A stretch of DNA of 62,974 nucleotides, the filler included, from Choristocarpus tenellus KU-1152 (taxonomy: Eukaryota; Protista; Phaeophyceae): NCBI GenBank assembly GCA_964200185.2. It is 10 parts of 10 records of this genome, joined end to end, with 100 filler letters (N's around TTAATTAATTAA, not from the genome) between each part and the next. Parts side by side here need not be neighbours in the genome. Positions count along the whole stretch, not along the records: positions 3,059 to 13,699 come from CAXNAD020002809.1; positions 13,800 to 17,674 come from CAXNAD020017446.1; positions 17,775 to 22,233 come from CAXNAD020014452.1; positions 22,334 to 24,920 come from CAXNAD020026506.1; positions 25,021 to 28,101 come from CAXNAD020022450.1; 5 more parts are not named here. One strand, 5' to 3'. The stretch's first letter is position 1; each line of letters starts with the position of its first letter. The position numbers and the translations under genes were made by a program. Positions 13,401 through 25,701 of the stretch are shown here, piece by piece. Below the pieces are notes generated by a model. It saw nothing but the letters and a program-made list of their open reading frames with translations, searched no databases and had not been told where the DNA came from.

Positions 13401-15561
13401 TATCAAGGTCATTTTGAATACCGTGGTAGGACAAGCGTTTTTTTATCTTTCATAACGTGCGTAACACCTCTCTACTTGTATATGCATGTTGAGGTGGAGA
13501 AGACCATGCCTCTTTTTTATGTAACTGGCTTTATTGCTGCTTGTGTACGTTTTTTTTGTGTATGTTCTACTGGATGTCTGCTTAGTGTATAGTTGGAGGT
13601 GGCGTACAGGAGCAGAGGTTAGGGTTAGGGTTAGGGTTTAAAGAATTCGGCGTGCGCGCGCGCATGTTTGTGTACAAGAGAGGGAACGGGGTTGGGGGGN
13701 NNNNNNNNNNNNNNNNNNNNNNNNNNNNNNNNNNNNNNNNNNNTTAATTAATTAANNNNNNNNNNNNNNNNNNNNNNNNNNNNNNNNNNNNNNNNNNNNC
13801 TTATACTGACATGTGTATAGTTTTCATTTGTTTCCCCCCTGACACATCTGCAAAATGTCAGAGGGCATAATTATAATATATACAATCAACATCGTCAACT
13901 CCCAACTTTCACAATAATTACAAAACAATATAAAAAAAATAATTATCAAGATATGTAACAACATAATGATTGTGTAAAGATGTGATGGGGATCGTAATAA
14001 CGATTATGATGATGAAAATATATTACAAAACAATATTAATTAGACGTAAATAGAGGTATTAAGAAGGGTCCCCTGAATTGTCCAATTTTTATCGTTATTG
14101 TCAATCGAGGGCCTCCACGGAATTGTGGCAAATCGATTGACTTGTACTTTGGTATGTCCCTTCAGTTGTTGTTTTTGCTTGACTTGTTTGTTTTACTCCA
14201 TGATTTTCACATATCGGTTTGTCTGTGCCAGGTTTCTTGTTTACAATTTCATCGCCTTTCTGTACACGAGGGTTTGTTTTGTATTGCTGGGTGTTAGGGC
14301 CAGTGTTGCTGTCGCCAAGTGTGCACACTGACAGACCAAAAACGAAAGGTACAATTGTTAGAGGCTAATAGAGTGAGTATTTCTTTCTGCGCGCCAAAAT
14401 GCGCGGACAGTATACATACGTAAGAATTCATGTAAGAGGAACTTTGAATTGATAAAAGACGCAGAGTAAGATTTGAAATGCATACATAAAATCTTGCAGA
14501 ATAGAAGTCAATTCCTGAAAGTTGCAGAATAAAGATTTACGATTGAATTATCTACATAGCAGTTTGCAGACTTCACATTTAACTCTTTGGCTGTAGAAAA
14601 ATGGTGAATGATGTTAATAAAAGGCTGAGTCTGATGACCACACTCTCAGTTCTTTGATCCTTACCTCTTTTGATAAAGCGAAAAGCGAGACATTGACTGA
14701 GCTAAGCATCAACTGACACCGTATGTGGCCATCACCTGTGAACCCCTGCATAGCGTCGTTTTAAGGTCGTTGGATTTGAGTTGCATTTCCTGTGGAGGTG
14801 AGTTCTGAAGGGCACGCTGTAACATGGAGGTCCTACCGCCTCTCTTCAAACTGGAGAGAATACTCCGTATTCACCTCAACTTTTTGGATTCTTTGTAGCT
14901 TCCTACGTCCGCCTGGATTCTTTCTTTTCCTACTTGGGTTTGTGATCTTCATGCGTCGTCTGTGGGGTTTTTCGTCATGGCCTCGTCGTCTCCGTGGGTG
15001 TGATGGCATCTGTGACTCCGAGAGAACCATCATCCTTCATTGTTGTACAATGAGTGGTCTCTGACCGCCACATCATTCACTTATAGTCGTAAACAAGTGG
15101 TTTTTGACCGCCATGGTATAGACGTTGCCTAGGTAGTTCTTCCTCACCATTCGTACACTCACATTCCCGATCTGTTTTTCGGGTATCACACTCTTACCAT
15201 ACAAACTTGTCTTTTAAGGGTGACAAAAGCAGTCTTGTCAATAATTCTTCCGCCACAGGAATTTTATGGTATGCTGATTGTACATCTGCAACAGAGAAGA
15301 TCTTGTTGCACCAATGGAATCGAGATGTTCTTCGGCTAAGGGCATGGACCAAAAACGTTTAATGAGATGTTTGTCAATGGTCCTTCAATAATCTATGCAG
15401 AAGCTTGAAGTCCAATCTGCTTTGGCTACAATATTAACACAAGATCCCTAAGGATTAAAGCGAACTCCAATGATTCCTTGGCTATATAAACCTTTAACAC
15501 ATGTACCTATAATACCTCTGTGTGGATTGGCTCAATACGGTCCCTGGTGGTTAACAGGTCT

Positions 15562-15622
15562 GACCCAAAGTATCTGGGTGGGGGGGGAGTGGCGGCTGTC
15601 CACAACCCAGATACTTTGAGCC
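15562..15622. mobile_element. 61-bp minimal MITE derivative nested in the Copia pol region, TSD TCT
   Basis: GACCCAAAGTATCTGGG...CCCAGATACTTTGAGCC, flanked by TCT at 15559-15561 and 15623-15625. Confidence 0.85.
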
Positions 15623-17333
15623 TCTGGTGCCTCCAGGTTCAAGGGGAAATCCGCTTCTACAATACTGCAAATTCCCAATTTTGAAGTATCGAGGGAAGAC
15701 ACTGAGCGGATTCTGGTACAAAGATTCAGCTTTTCTTGCATTTGAGGGGGTGAGAAAAACTGTTGATGAAAGCTATTTTCAGAGCAGTTCTGATGCAAGT
15801 TCCTTCGGATGGAGGCAAAGATGTTGTTGAAGATAGAGCACTAAAGTGAGTGTGTTTTCTGGGGAAATGTATCTACTGGTTAGATGTGACGAAGTAAAGT
15901 ATATTTTTTGGTACATGGACTGTTCGGGAGATAGGGTAGCATACATATCTAACATGGTCTAGAATATATGGGTCCCCAGCTCCGATCTCCGTAATCATAA
16001 TGTGATTAATTTGTATCCATGCTCCCTTTGAAGGTGTCGGTTCACAAGGTCACAGACTACAATCTCGGTTAAATTGCGTCTGGTCTAATCCGAGTATGCA
16101 CTTGTTTTTTCTGAACCGGATCTTCAAAAGTTAAAACGTATATAGCTCTGATTAGGCCTACAATCAATGGGTCCTCTGTTCCAATCTTCCCAACCACAAG
16201 TGTGAGCAATGTATATGCATGGGTTTCTGTCCTAGACTGCAAGGTTCTATCCTAATATTGTGTATTCACACCAAGCTACTTATTGCCCTATCAAGGCATA
16301 CGATTGATCATCTTGACCGCGGGTCCATTGCAGAATATTTCAACACGCTATAGCGTAACCGACTATTCCTGGGACGTTGTGCTGGGCGACAAAGCTGGTG
16401 GTGAGCAGTAATAGTGTACAAGATGTCTACTGGCACCACCACCAAGGTCACCAACTTCCTCACGTTTGCGGGAAAGCTGGGTGAGGATTTATACGCTTTT
16501 GCAGTGAGAGCTCAAGCTACGCTTGGGGTCTATGACTGTGAGGTCGCTCTTCGTGGCCCCAACATCATCTGTGGGAGACAGAGACTTTCAGCATCGAGTT
16601 CGTCAAATTCTTCGCCAAGTGTCGAAGGAGATGAAGTGGTGGGAACATCAACGCCATTTGTTCCTGTTGTGGCTTAGGGTGAGTACTCGGACTGGAAACG
16701 TACTTGGCTGCGAAGCGCATTGTAGTCAGGCGAATGTCCAGAGATTATTGCAGACCGCAGGCGAAAATCACTGATGGTTTCACCGAAGCCTTCCAATTCC
16801 GCCTTGGCCTTGTAGAGACGTAGGAGCCATTGATCGGGGTCTTCGCCAGTCTCCATGGAACAGTTCTCGAAGCAACGATGAACTGCCCGCATCCGTTGTT
16901 CGGTTGCCGCTTCGTACTTGGACTTCAGTGCCTGCCATGCGGACAACCCATCATTCAGTTGGGTCTCATCGCGATGTTGGAGGCCATGCAGTAGGTCCTT
17001 GGCGGGTCCACGACAGGTAGCAAGGAGGACGCCGAAGAGCGCTGGTCGTTGTCCTCGTCGTAGGTGGTGAAGGGTGAAGCAGTGGCAGCGGTGGGACGTG
17101 ACGGGTGCTGGATCAGAACGCTATGGGCGTTGGGTGCAACACAGCTCAGGATGCCCACGAAGTCAAGTTTGAAGGCGTCCCAGGAGGAGTCGTCGCCAGT
17201 GAAGACGGGAAGTATTAGGGTGTATTCCATGACGGTGGCGTGACCAGATCTAGTTGGGTAAGAGGGAAAAAATGGGGACAGGACAAGGGAGGGTCGGGAG
17301 GATTGGGTGTAGTATGTGCCGATCAAGTGTTGA

Positions 17334-17344
17334 GGCTCATAACC
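17334..17344 (-). promoter_or_regulatory. Primer-binding site of the Copia element (GGTTATGAGCC)
   Basis: Directly follows the CA end of the LTR and lies ~100 nt upstream of the gag ATG. Resembles the Drosophila copia-type PBS (GGTTATGGGCC), which pairs with an internal part of tRNA-iMet. Confidence 0.7.
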
Positions 17345-18249
17345 TGTTAAAACCTGAATCGAATGCATTGTATATGTGACACATAGACTACGAAGGAAGA
17401 GGAATCATGGTGTTGCAAAGCACCAATGAGTAGGGAGCGTAGTCTGTGGTATGAGTAGATGTGATTGTGAAGTAAAGCACTGATGTATTTGTTCTGTTGC
17501 AACTGAAGTCATTGATCTCTCAGTTAAGAATGATGTGATGTGAATACATTGTTATTTCATGGTATACTTAGTGAAAGAAGTACATGCTCTGTGAAGAGGC
17601 TTGTTACCTTGGCTGGCAAGGGTTTCAGTAGATGGTTTTAACTCTGGTTGTATTACATCCAAGTGTGCGTCAGGNNNNNNNNNNNNNNNNNNNNNNNNNN
17701 NNNNNNNNNNNNNNNNNNTTAATTAATTAANNNNNNNNNNNNNNNNNNNNNNNNNNNNNNNNNNNNNNNNNNNNCCTTCCCACCACCCCCTTTCCACCAC
17801 CCCCAACCCCCCTGGGTTCACTACTCTTGATCAACTGTTTTCCAAAAGAATCTAGTGTGTAATCATATGCCTTTTTCAAACACGTTCCTCGTATTCATGT
17901 GTATGTACTCATACATGAGGTTGGCACCGGCCTGACCCCCAGTCCCCCCCCCCCCAGCCATCGTTCATGAAATCGTTTTTTGTGATTGCTCTTGAGCCTG
18001 TGTGCATTAGTGTAGGAAGGCAAGGGGGGAGGAGGTGTATGCGCTTAATAAAGGGGGGGGGGGTAAAACGCTGCTCTGCTTTGGTTGCAGTATGATGCTT
18101 GTTTTTGTGTGTTTGGGAGATCGTTGAAGGCCTGTGTCATAGAACATCCTTCAAAGTTGTACTTTTGATGTAGGTGCGATCCCGTTGATTCCATTTTAGT
18201 GTGTGGGAGGTTGGGGCTTGAGGTTAAGGTCAATAGGGTTAGGGTTAGC

Positions 18250-20161
18250 ATGTATGTATGTATGTATGTGTGTGTATGTATGTATGTATGTATGTATGTA
18301 TGTATGTATGTATGTATGTATATATGTATGTATATATGTATGTATTTATGTATTTATGTATGTCTGCCTGTATGTGTGTATGTATGTCTGCCTGTATGTA
18401 TGTATGTATGTGTATGTATCCATGTCTGTGTATATCTATGTATCCTATGTATCTATGTGTCTTAGACACATTTTCTCGTGTTCATGACTGTACAACAACA
18501 TATAGAGATACCTACACAGCAAAATTCAAACGAAAGTGTATCAAAAGCGCCATATTTTTGTATATATTTTTGTATATACTTTTGTATATATTTTTGTATA
18601 TATTTTGTATATATTTTTCTATATATATTTTTCTATATGTTTCTGCATGCTTGCACATAAAAAAATAATAAGAAAAATTACCTGTTTGTATGAGAGTAGT
18701 TGGATATATTATGGCAATCGACCATGACCTGATTCCCACATGTGAGTACTTGTTTCCTGATGCCAAGTGAAGAGGTTCAGGCCAGGAATCAAAACCCCGA
18801 AATGACCCCGGGAAAATGGGGCATCGAATGCTTATGTTCGAGATTTTTTTTTTGAATTTTTGTTGACAGCTTTTTTTGTGTTTGAACTGGAAGAGGATTT
18901 TTTTCTGTTGCAGGCATGCCTTGGTGGTGTCTCTGAGAAGTCAAGACGTGTCTCTTCGTAGGTGGTGGTGGTGGTGGTGGTGGTTGGGGGGGTCTCTAAT
19001 TGTCGGATAGGAAGTGGTTTTCCTAAACCATGCGTGTTGATAGTTCTTTCGTTGGGTATTGTTGTTACACATTTTTATAATAATAATAATAATGATAATA
19101 ATAATATTGATAATGATAATAATAATAATAAAAAAAAAAATAATAATATTATCGATTCTTCCTTTTATTGAAAGGGTTCGACGTGTACCACAGAGGTAGA
19201 TAGGTGATGACCAACGAGGTCCACGAAAAGCAGGGATCCCTAACCTCATTTATTTATTTATTTTTTGTTAAGCGTGAAAATAAAAGAAAAAATCTTTTTT
19301 TTTGAAGAAAAGTCCTCACAGAATTTTTCTTCCCCGAAAAAAATAAAAAATAAAAATAAAATATAAAATAATACCTTAGCCGCCTGCGTGTAGCGCGATC
19401 GAATGACTCCGTGGTCAAATTCATCAATTTATTTGATTCATCAATTTATTTATTTCATCAATTTGGTGTACATGGTGTACATGGTGTACATGGTGTACAT
19501 CCATATCTCTTCAAAATACCTCTGATATGGGCTGACCTCGTAGTTGACAGACTATGTCTTGCTATGAACTCTTGTGAATCATCTTTCATCTTTCGTCTTT
19601 CATATGATAGGGAGTCCGATCATCAGGGAAGAAGTCCTCCAAGAAGTCAAAGACCAAGGTAAGTGTTTTGGTGCATTTATGTGTGTGTGTGTATGTATGT
19701 GTGTATGTATGTGTGTGTATGTGTGTGTGTATGTATGTGTTTGTGTATGTATGTGTTTGTGTGTGTATGTGTGTATGTATGTATGTGTGTATGTATGTAT
19801 ATTGAAAGGTGTGGATGTATATATTTTTTTCTTTTTTTTGACTATATGTATCTATACTGTATGTAGATACATGCTTTTTTTCTCCAAGAAATTTCCTCGT
19901 CAAAGAATCACAAGTACATACATAATATATGTATATATTGGTTTGCTTGGTTCCCTCTCCATGTCAAAGAATCACAAATACACACACACGCATACATATA
20001 CAGTACATGTATGTGTTGACTTGATGAAGTTTCTTGACCTCTTTTCTCTTCTCTCTTGACCTTTTATTCTCTTCTTCTTGAATAGGGCAAAAAGGAGAAG
20101 AAGCAGGTCTTCCCACTTCCTCCTGAAACTCCATTTTAAAACATTTTTTTGACTTTTTATT

Positions 20162-20200
<39 letters not shown>

Positions 20201-20363
20201 ATGATTATGATGATGATGATGATTATTATTATTATTATGATTTTTTGTACGAACAGGGGGCCACGAAAATACGAAAGTCTAGTGATCAGGAACTTAGCTC
20301 TGGAGTGAAGCTCGTCACCCGCTCCAGTGTCTTGTACAAAACCAAGAAGGTGACAAATACATA

Positions 20364-20420
<57 letters not shown>

Positions 20421-21277
20421 ATATTTATTTACCTATCTCAATCTATATATCTATATCTATCTCTATGTATGTATATAGATATTTTTTTTGTTTGATTTTA
20501 GTGCACATACTCCTGAATGTTAAACAAATAATAAAATCAGAAAAAAATTTTGATGGGTAAGGTTTGCATGGACAATCGTGGGCGTCCGAATCGTTTTTTT
20601 TGTTGTTTTAGTTGCTTGTGTGTGTGTGTGTGGGTTTTTTTGTTTTGGGAATGTTATGTATTTTTTCTTGAGGAAGTGGTCTTTTTGTTTAAAATATAAA
20701 ATATATGTTAAAAATTGAAAGAATAGTGATAAACCCTTAGCTGTTTAGCTATTTAGCTCTGAACAGCATCTCAGGTGTCAGTAATACATTTTCTCACCTT
20801 ATCTTACTTGTTAATAAAAATAATGTTACTAATAGTAATGTTTTAAAATATATATATTAAAAGATTATGGAAATAATATGGTCACTGTTGTGTACATTTG
20901 CTATTGCCAAGCGCAGTAGATATATTTTTTTGAAAAAATAATAATAATAATAATAATAATAATGCTGTGAAACTGTAGTGCACAAAATAAATAAGAGAAA
21001 AGGGAAGAAATTAAAGAAAGAAGAGAAGAGGAAAGGAAAGATATAAAAGAAAATAAAAGAAAAGAAAAGAAGGGAGTTGCTGTTGTGCTTCTGGGTATGT
21101 AGTGGTCCTATGTAGCAAACTGATGGTAACACAGCAGCAGTGGAGTGTGTGCGGATTTTTAGTCCACGAAAACTATTTGATAACTATTTGAAAACTATTG
21201 AGTGCAAAAAAAAAGAAGTGATTTTTGAATTATTATTATTATTATTAATAATAATATTAGTCTTATTGTTACTGTTA

Positions 21278-21312
<35 letters not shown>

Positions 21313-21820
21313 GTTTCTGTTTGCATGCTGTGAAAGAGTGTGCTGCTTCAGGACAAAGAAGATGGTGATGTAGATAATGATTTATTAAGTTGCAGTGAAG
21401 AGTAAGTCCTATCCATAAGGGGGGGTGTAGTGCTAACCTTTATAATCACCCTGACATTCTTGGAAGTTACCTAATAATATGTTTCCTAGAATATTCCTGG
21501 AACATCACAATATTCTAATAACATCTTGATATTCAAATCTTCCCATCCATCACTAATGAATCATCCTTGTCACGCTATCTTTCTACAATGACACATTTCT
21601 TACTTCATTTATACCAATAGCAACATTGAGTGGGTACAGTATGACAATGCATGTCCCTATGCAAACAGATACTGTTATTATTTGTTATTAATGTTTATTT
21701 TTATTATTGTTATTGTTGTTAATATTGTTATTATTATTGTTACTAATATTGTTAATATTGTTATTAATATTATTGATGATAATATTGTTATCATTGTTAT
21801 GATTATAATTGCTACTATTA
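18250..21820. repeat. Dense microsatellite region: (TGTA)n 18250-18460, (AAT)n ~19078-19150, (TG/TGTA)n 19680-19800, (GAT)n 20163-20240, (TA)n 20360-20420, (TTA/TTG)n 21230-21310 and 21675-21820
   Basis: Read directly from the sequence. Accounts for the low-complexity ORFs in the track. Confidence 0.95.
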
Positions 21821-21973
21821 TCACAATTGTTTTGTCTGCAGGGTGAGCTGGTGGCGAAGCTGCTGTGCAGGTGGTGGTATGCCATGGAGTGGCCGGCCAA
21901 GGAGGACATAATTCCGACACCACCTGGGTATGAGGCACTCGACGGATATCCGGGTGTATATATCTGCATTGAG
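19611..21973 (+). CDS. Hypothetical protein, internal exons: K/S-rich region followed by an 'L.RWWY...WP...DG.PGVY' domain
   Basis: Phase-0 GT-AG exons 19611-19658 ([16 protein letters not shown]), 20086-20106 (GKKEKKQ), 20257-20349 (GATKIRK...VLYKTKK) and 21842-21973 ([44 protein letters not shown]) are GC-richer islands within microsatellite-rich introns. Confidence 0.7.
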
Positions 21974-22042
21974 GTGGGGTGTGAAGTAGTCCCTGGAGAT
22001 GAGATGTATGTATTTTTATTTTTGTGGAGTGCGGTGCCTTCT

Positions 22043-22233
22043 GTTAGGGTTAGGGTTATAGGGTTATAGGGTTAGGGTTAGGGTTATAGGGTTATAGGGT
22101 TATAGGGTTAGAATTGGAGGTACAAGGTTAGGGTTAGGGTTATAGGGTTATAGGGTTAGAATTGGAGGTACAAGGTTAGGGTTAGGGAGAGAGGGTTAGG
22201 GGGAGAGAGGGAGAGTATGTGAGGTACAAGGTT
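22043..22233 (+). repeat. Telomere-like TTAGGG/TTATAGGG array with interspersed AATTGGAGGTACAAGG units
   Basis: Read directly from the sequence. It starts ~70 nt after a splice donor and runs to the contig end. Confidence 0.85.
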
Positions 22234-23651
22234 NNNNNNNNNNNNNNNNNNNNNNNNNNNNNNNNNNNNNNNNNNNNTTAATTAATTAANNNNNNNNNNN
22301 NNNNNNNNNNNNNNNNNNNNNNNNNNNNNNNNNCATCACTGTGGTGAGGGTGGACTCTCTTTCGCTCGCTAGGTTTGCATTTGGGGACCCTGGGGGGAGG
22401 GGGGCGGAGTTTGACAGGATTGTGCTGGGGGGTAAGTAAGGGAGGTAGGATGTGTAGCGCTGTGAATTGAAATAATTCAAGGGACAGTAGTAGGTCTCCC
22501 GACTAGTGAGGTGCTGCGCAGGAGGAGCTAAGATTTTGACTTGGGACTTGTTTCTGTGGTCTCTCTCCACTGTCGGAAGCATTATGTTGCGTAGCTAATA
22601 TCTGAGACGGACTGTTGACTATATTTTGCTATAGATTATTGGCTGTATGAATGTGTTACTGAGGGGTTGGTCTTCCTCATTGACATCTCCCACACCCTTG
22701 AGGGCATACGTGTAATGTGGATCCTCAAAGTTTCTCGCCCCAAAGTGCTTTCATTTACAGACATGGAGTGGGTTCGTTTGCAGTATGGAGATATGGAGGT
22801 ATGTAGTGACTCATGACTAGTGACTAGTATGGCCTTGTGGTTAGCAGGGCTCCAGTTTTGTGCTGTGTGTGGATCTTGCTGCTCAAAATATAGAAAAAGT
22901 AGTGAGCAGTTAATCGTTTTCGATTATGGTGTCGATATTTTCTTAATCAAAACTTATTGAGTGGATTGTATCGTGATGATTCACAACACTAGAGATGGAG
23001 TGTCAATATGTGTTAGTTTTCATCTCTTGCAGTGCCCCTAATAACATCACAGTTGCGATTTTAGGAGGTGTGTGGGAAACTTTGGTCTTGTCAGTATTTC
23101 CCGCTGAAAATATCTTTTCGACGGGTAGTGACCGTCTTCTGTGTGGTTGCAACCAGGAATTAGTGTTGCACTTTGAAGAAATGTAGTGTTTGTTTTCCTG
23201 TTGAGCTTCCCATGACCCCGCATTGGTCCAAGTCTGTCCTGAGTCACATGCCGACCCTATCCTCTGTCAGAGAAAGCCAGAGCTGTCTTCTCTAGATCTG
23301 ACCCCCCTGCCCCTCCTTTCATCCCTCCCTGCAACAAGCCCGTTGGTGCCACAATGATGTGCTTTATCATATCTCTGATGTTGCATCTCCGTGCACACGC
23401 AACCTTATCTCTTGGCCCCGGTACGTTCATTCGCTATTGTATATCACCACTGTTGCTTTCTTTTTTTTCTTTTCTTTGTTTATTTTTATATATATATACT
23501 AGTGTTATTAGTATATTCTTGTCCTTTTTATTCTGACCCCCATTCTTTCTGACATATTGTGTCTTTCAGTGCGTATCACATCTCAACTAAGGCTTAGGTG
23601 ACCCCCACCCCCACCCCCCCACCCCCCCTCCCCCCTTATCTCTCTCTCCAG

Positions 23652-23904
23652 GTTGGATGCACCTGCTGACCCCTTAGCATGGCGAGGTGCCAATGGAACG
23701 AGAGCAAAACGCCCACCCATGTTGATGGTTGGAAACCCTGCTGGGACAAGTGCAGGTCAGGGGGTGGTGGGGCAAGCTGCTCATGGGAGTGTTGACTATG
23801 GCGAAGGAGAGAGGGGAGACTATTTGAAGGTTTTTCCGGGGGAGTGGGAGGTGGTGGAGCGAGCCGCTAGGGCAGCAGCTAAGGCATTGGTGCTGGCTGA
23901 ACCT
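23652..23904 (+). CDS. Isolated probable coding exon of an unknown gene
   Basis: Polypyrimidine tract ending in CAG at ~23651, open frame LDAPADPLAWRGANG...EWEVVERAARAAAKALVLAEP, then donor GTGAGT. No family recognised. Confidence 0.45.
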
Positions 23905-25701
23905 GTGAGTTGGTGTTGGTTATGTGGTGGTTGTAGGTGGTTACAGGTTTGGTCAAGAGGCAAAGAGAGATGAGAGGGAGGGATGCTAAGGATTTGAGAG
24001 TAGGGTCTGTTTTAGAGTGAGTGTATCCCGTTGGCTTAAAATGTTTACAGACCATTTTTTTGGTGTAAATGTTGCTTTTCATATTGTGTGCGCTTGTTGC
24101 TGACCTCACCATGTTGTTTTTGAGGTAGGCATTTTAGTTGTGTTGGCTTTGGGAGGAATGACGTAGAATCAGAACGGTTGGGACTATACGGAACAGTGAA
24201 GTGGGGAGGGGAGGGAGAGTAGGGAGTTTTGTCTCTAAGACTGAAGGGACAAGTGGTATTGTTTGTGCCGGGGTGTTGAAATGGCTCAGTGTGGGGGGAG
24301 GGGTAGCGCGTGCCCATTACTTGGTACTTCATACTCAAGAGTGTGTTGTACTTTTGTGTACCACAAAATTTGACAAAAGGCGCAAACTAAATGAAGTGAA
24401 GTTCTCAGTACTGCAGTACTCACTTGTGAATGTTTTGTATATTGTGGTTTGTCCTTCGAATGGAGGGGTTTCCATGATCTTGTGATGGAGCAAAGGCAGC
24501 TCAAGAATTAGGTCAATTAAGTGGTTCTCATTTGAGGTTTCTTCTGGTGCATCTGACACCAACAAAACCTCCTCTTTAAAGGGGTACATACAACACTACA
24601 TACAAGCACATTCAAGGCAGTACTGCAGTAGTACAGGTCCAAATACTTGTTGATCTGATTTGTTCTGCGCTTGTACCAAATATTTGTGGTCCGCAAGAGT
24701 GCAACCCACAATGAGGTATCAACTCGGAGTAGCGTCAAATGTTGAGCAAATGCTATTCTAAACCTAACCCTAAGCCTGCTCAGTACCCTACCACAAACAG
24801 TACAACACGGTCCCATCCTTCTCAGTACAGAACATCTACTGCCCCCCCCCCCCCCTCCCAACTCTTAGGGTTAGGAACCCTAACTCTCTTACTCCAGTTC
24901 CATCGAAAAAATTACAGATTNNNNNNNNNNNNNNNNNNNNNNNNNNNNNNNNNNNNNNNNNNNNTTAATTAATTAANNNNNNNNNNNNNNNNNNNNNNNN
25001 NNNNNNNNNNNNNNNNNNNNAAAAAGAAAAAAAGAGTGCCGCGGGGGACCAACACCTGCGAAAAGGGGGGGGGGGGGGGGGGGGGGTACCGCACCGGAGT
25101 CAAAATGGAGATCATCAGTCACTCACGGTCACAAAGAGCGATTGCATGAAGAGCACACCCGTCACCAAGGGCGCTGGATGGAAATGGTGGGAAATGAAAG
25201 AGTTGAAATTCCGAGCAAATATTTGCTTCCAGTATTGTATCTCACACAGACAAGAACATCATGTTCGAAAGTAAAGCGTGCACATAGCAACACATGTAAC
25301 GTTGACGTGGAATAACTGCAAAATTGGTGAAATCCAGTAAGATATCAGGCTCTGACCGATTTCCCACAGTGTTGTTCGATAAGCTTCTTACAGATGCACG
25401 GAAAATATCTCCCACACAACTCTGCATTCGCCACTAGGAGGTAAGTATTCAATCCCTCTTGAGTTCAGCTTTGGTGTAGTGCTCCAGGTGAGATGAAGGA
25501 AAAATTACACAAAAAGCCATTACTGAGGGCGAGCCATAACAATAAAAACTAGAAAACAGATAGGGTCATTCAACCTACCAAAGCTTCCAGACAAACGCAC
25601 CTTTAGAAAAAAACAAAAACAAAATATATTCTGCTACACAAAACAGCAAGAGAATCAAAGACCCCTTCCCACACACAAATTCCATCCCCGTCACTCCGTA
25701 C

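Larger units (their letters stand above)
14090..17674 (-). mobile_element. Degenerate Ty1/Copia LTR retrotransposon (5' LTR end, PBS, gag, RT, RNase H remnants)
   Basis: Frameshifted gag from ATG 17230 (LPVFTGDDSSWDAFK...; AWQALKSKYE...METGEDPDQWLLRL...TISDFRL, UBN2-like). RT remnants DVQSAY (~15280) and KTSLYG (~15200); RNase H-like KQTSQAKTTTEG (~14170). LTR ends ...TTAACA at 17345 and is followed directly by GGTTATGAGCC. Confidence 0.85.

Noticed and set aside
18199-21969. ORFs rich in MYVC/YIHT/poly-N, -D, -I or -L
   Set aside because: These are translations of microsatellites.
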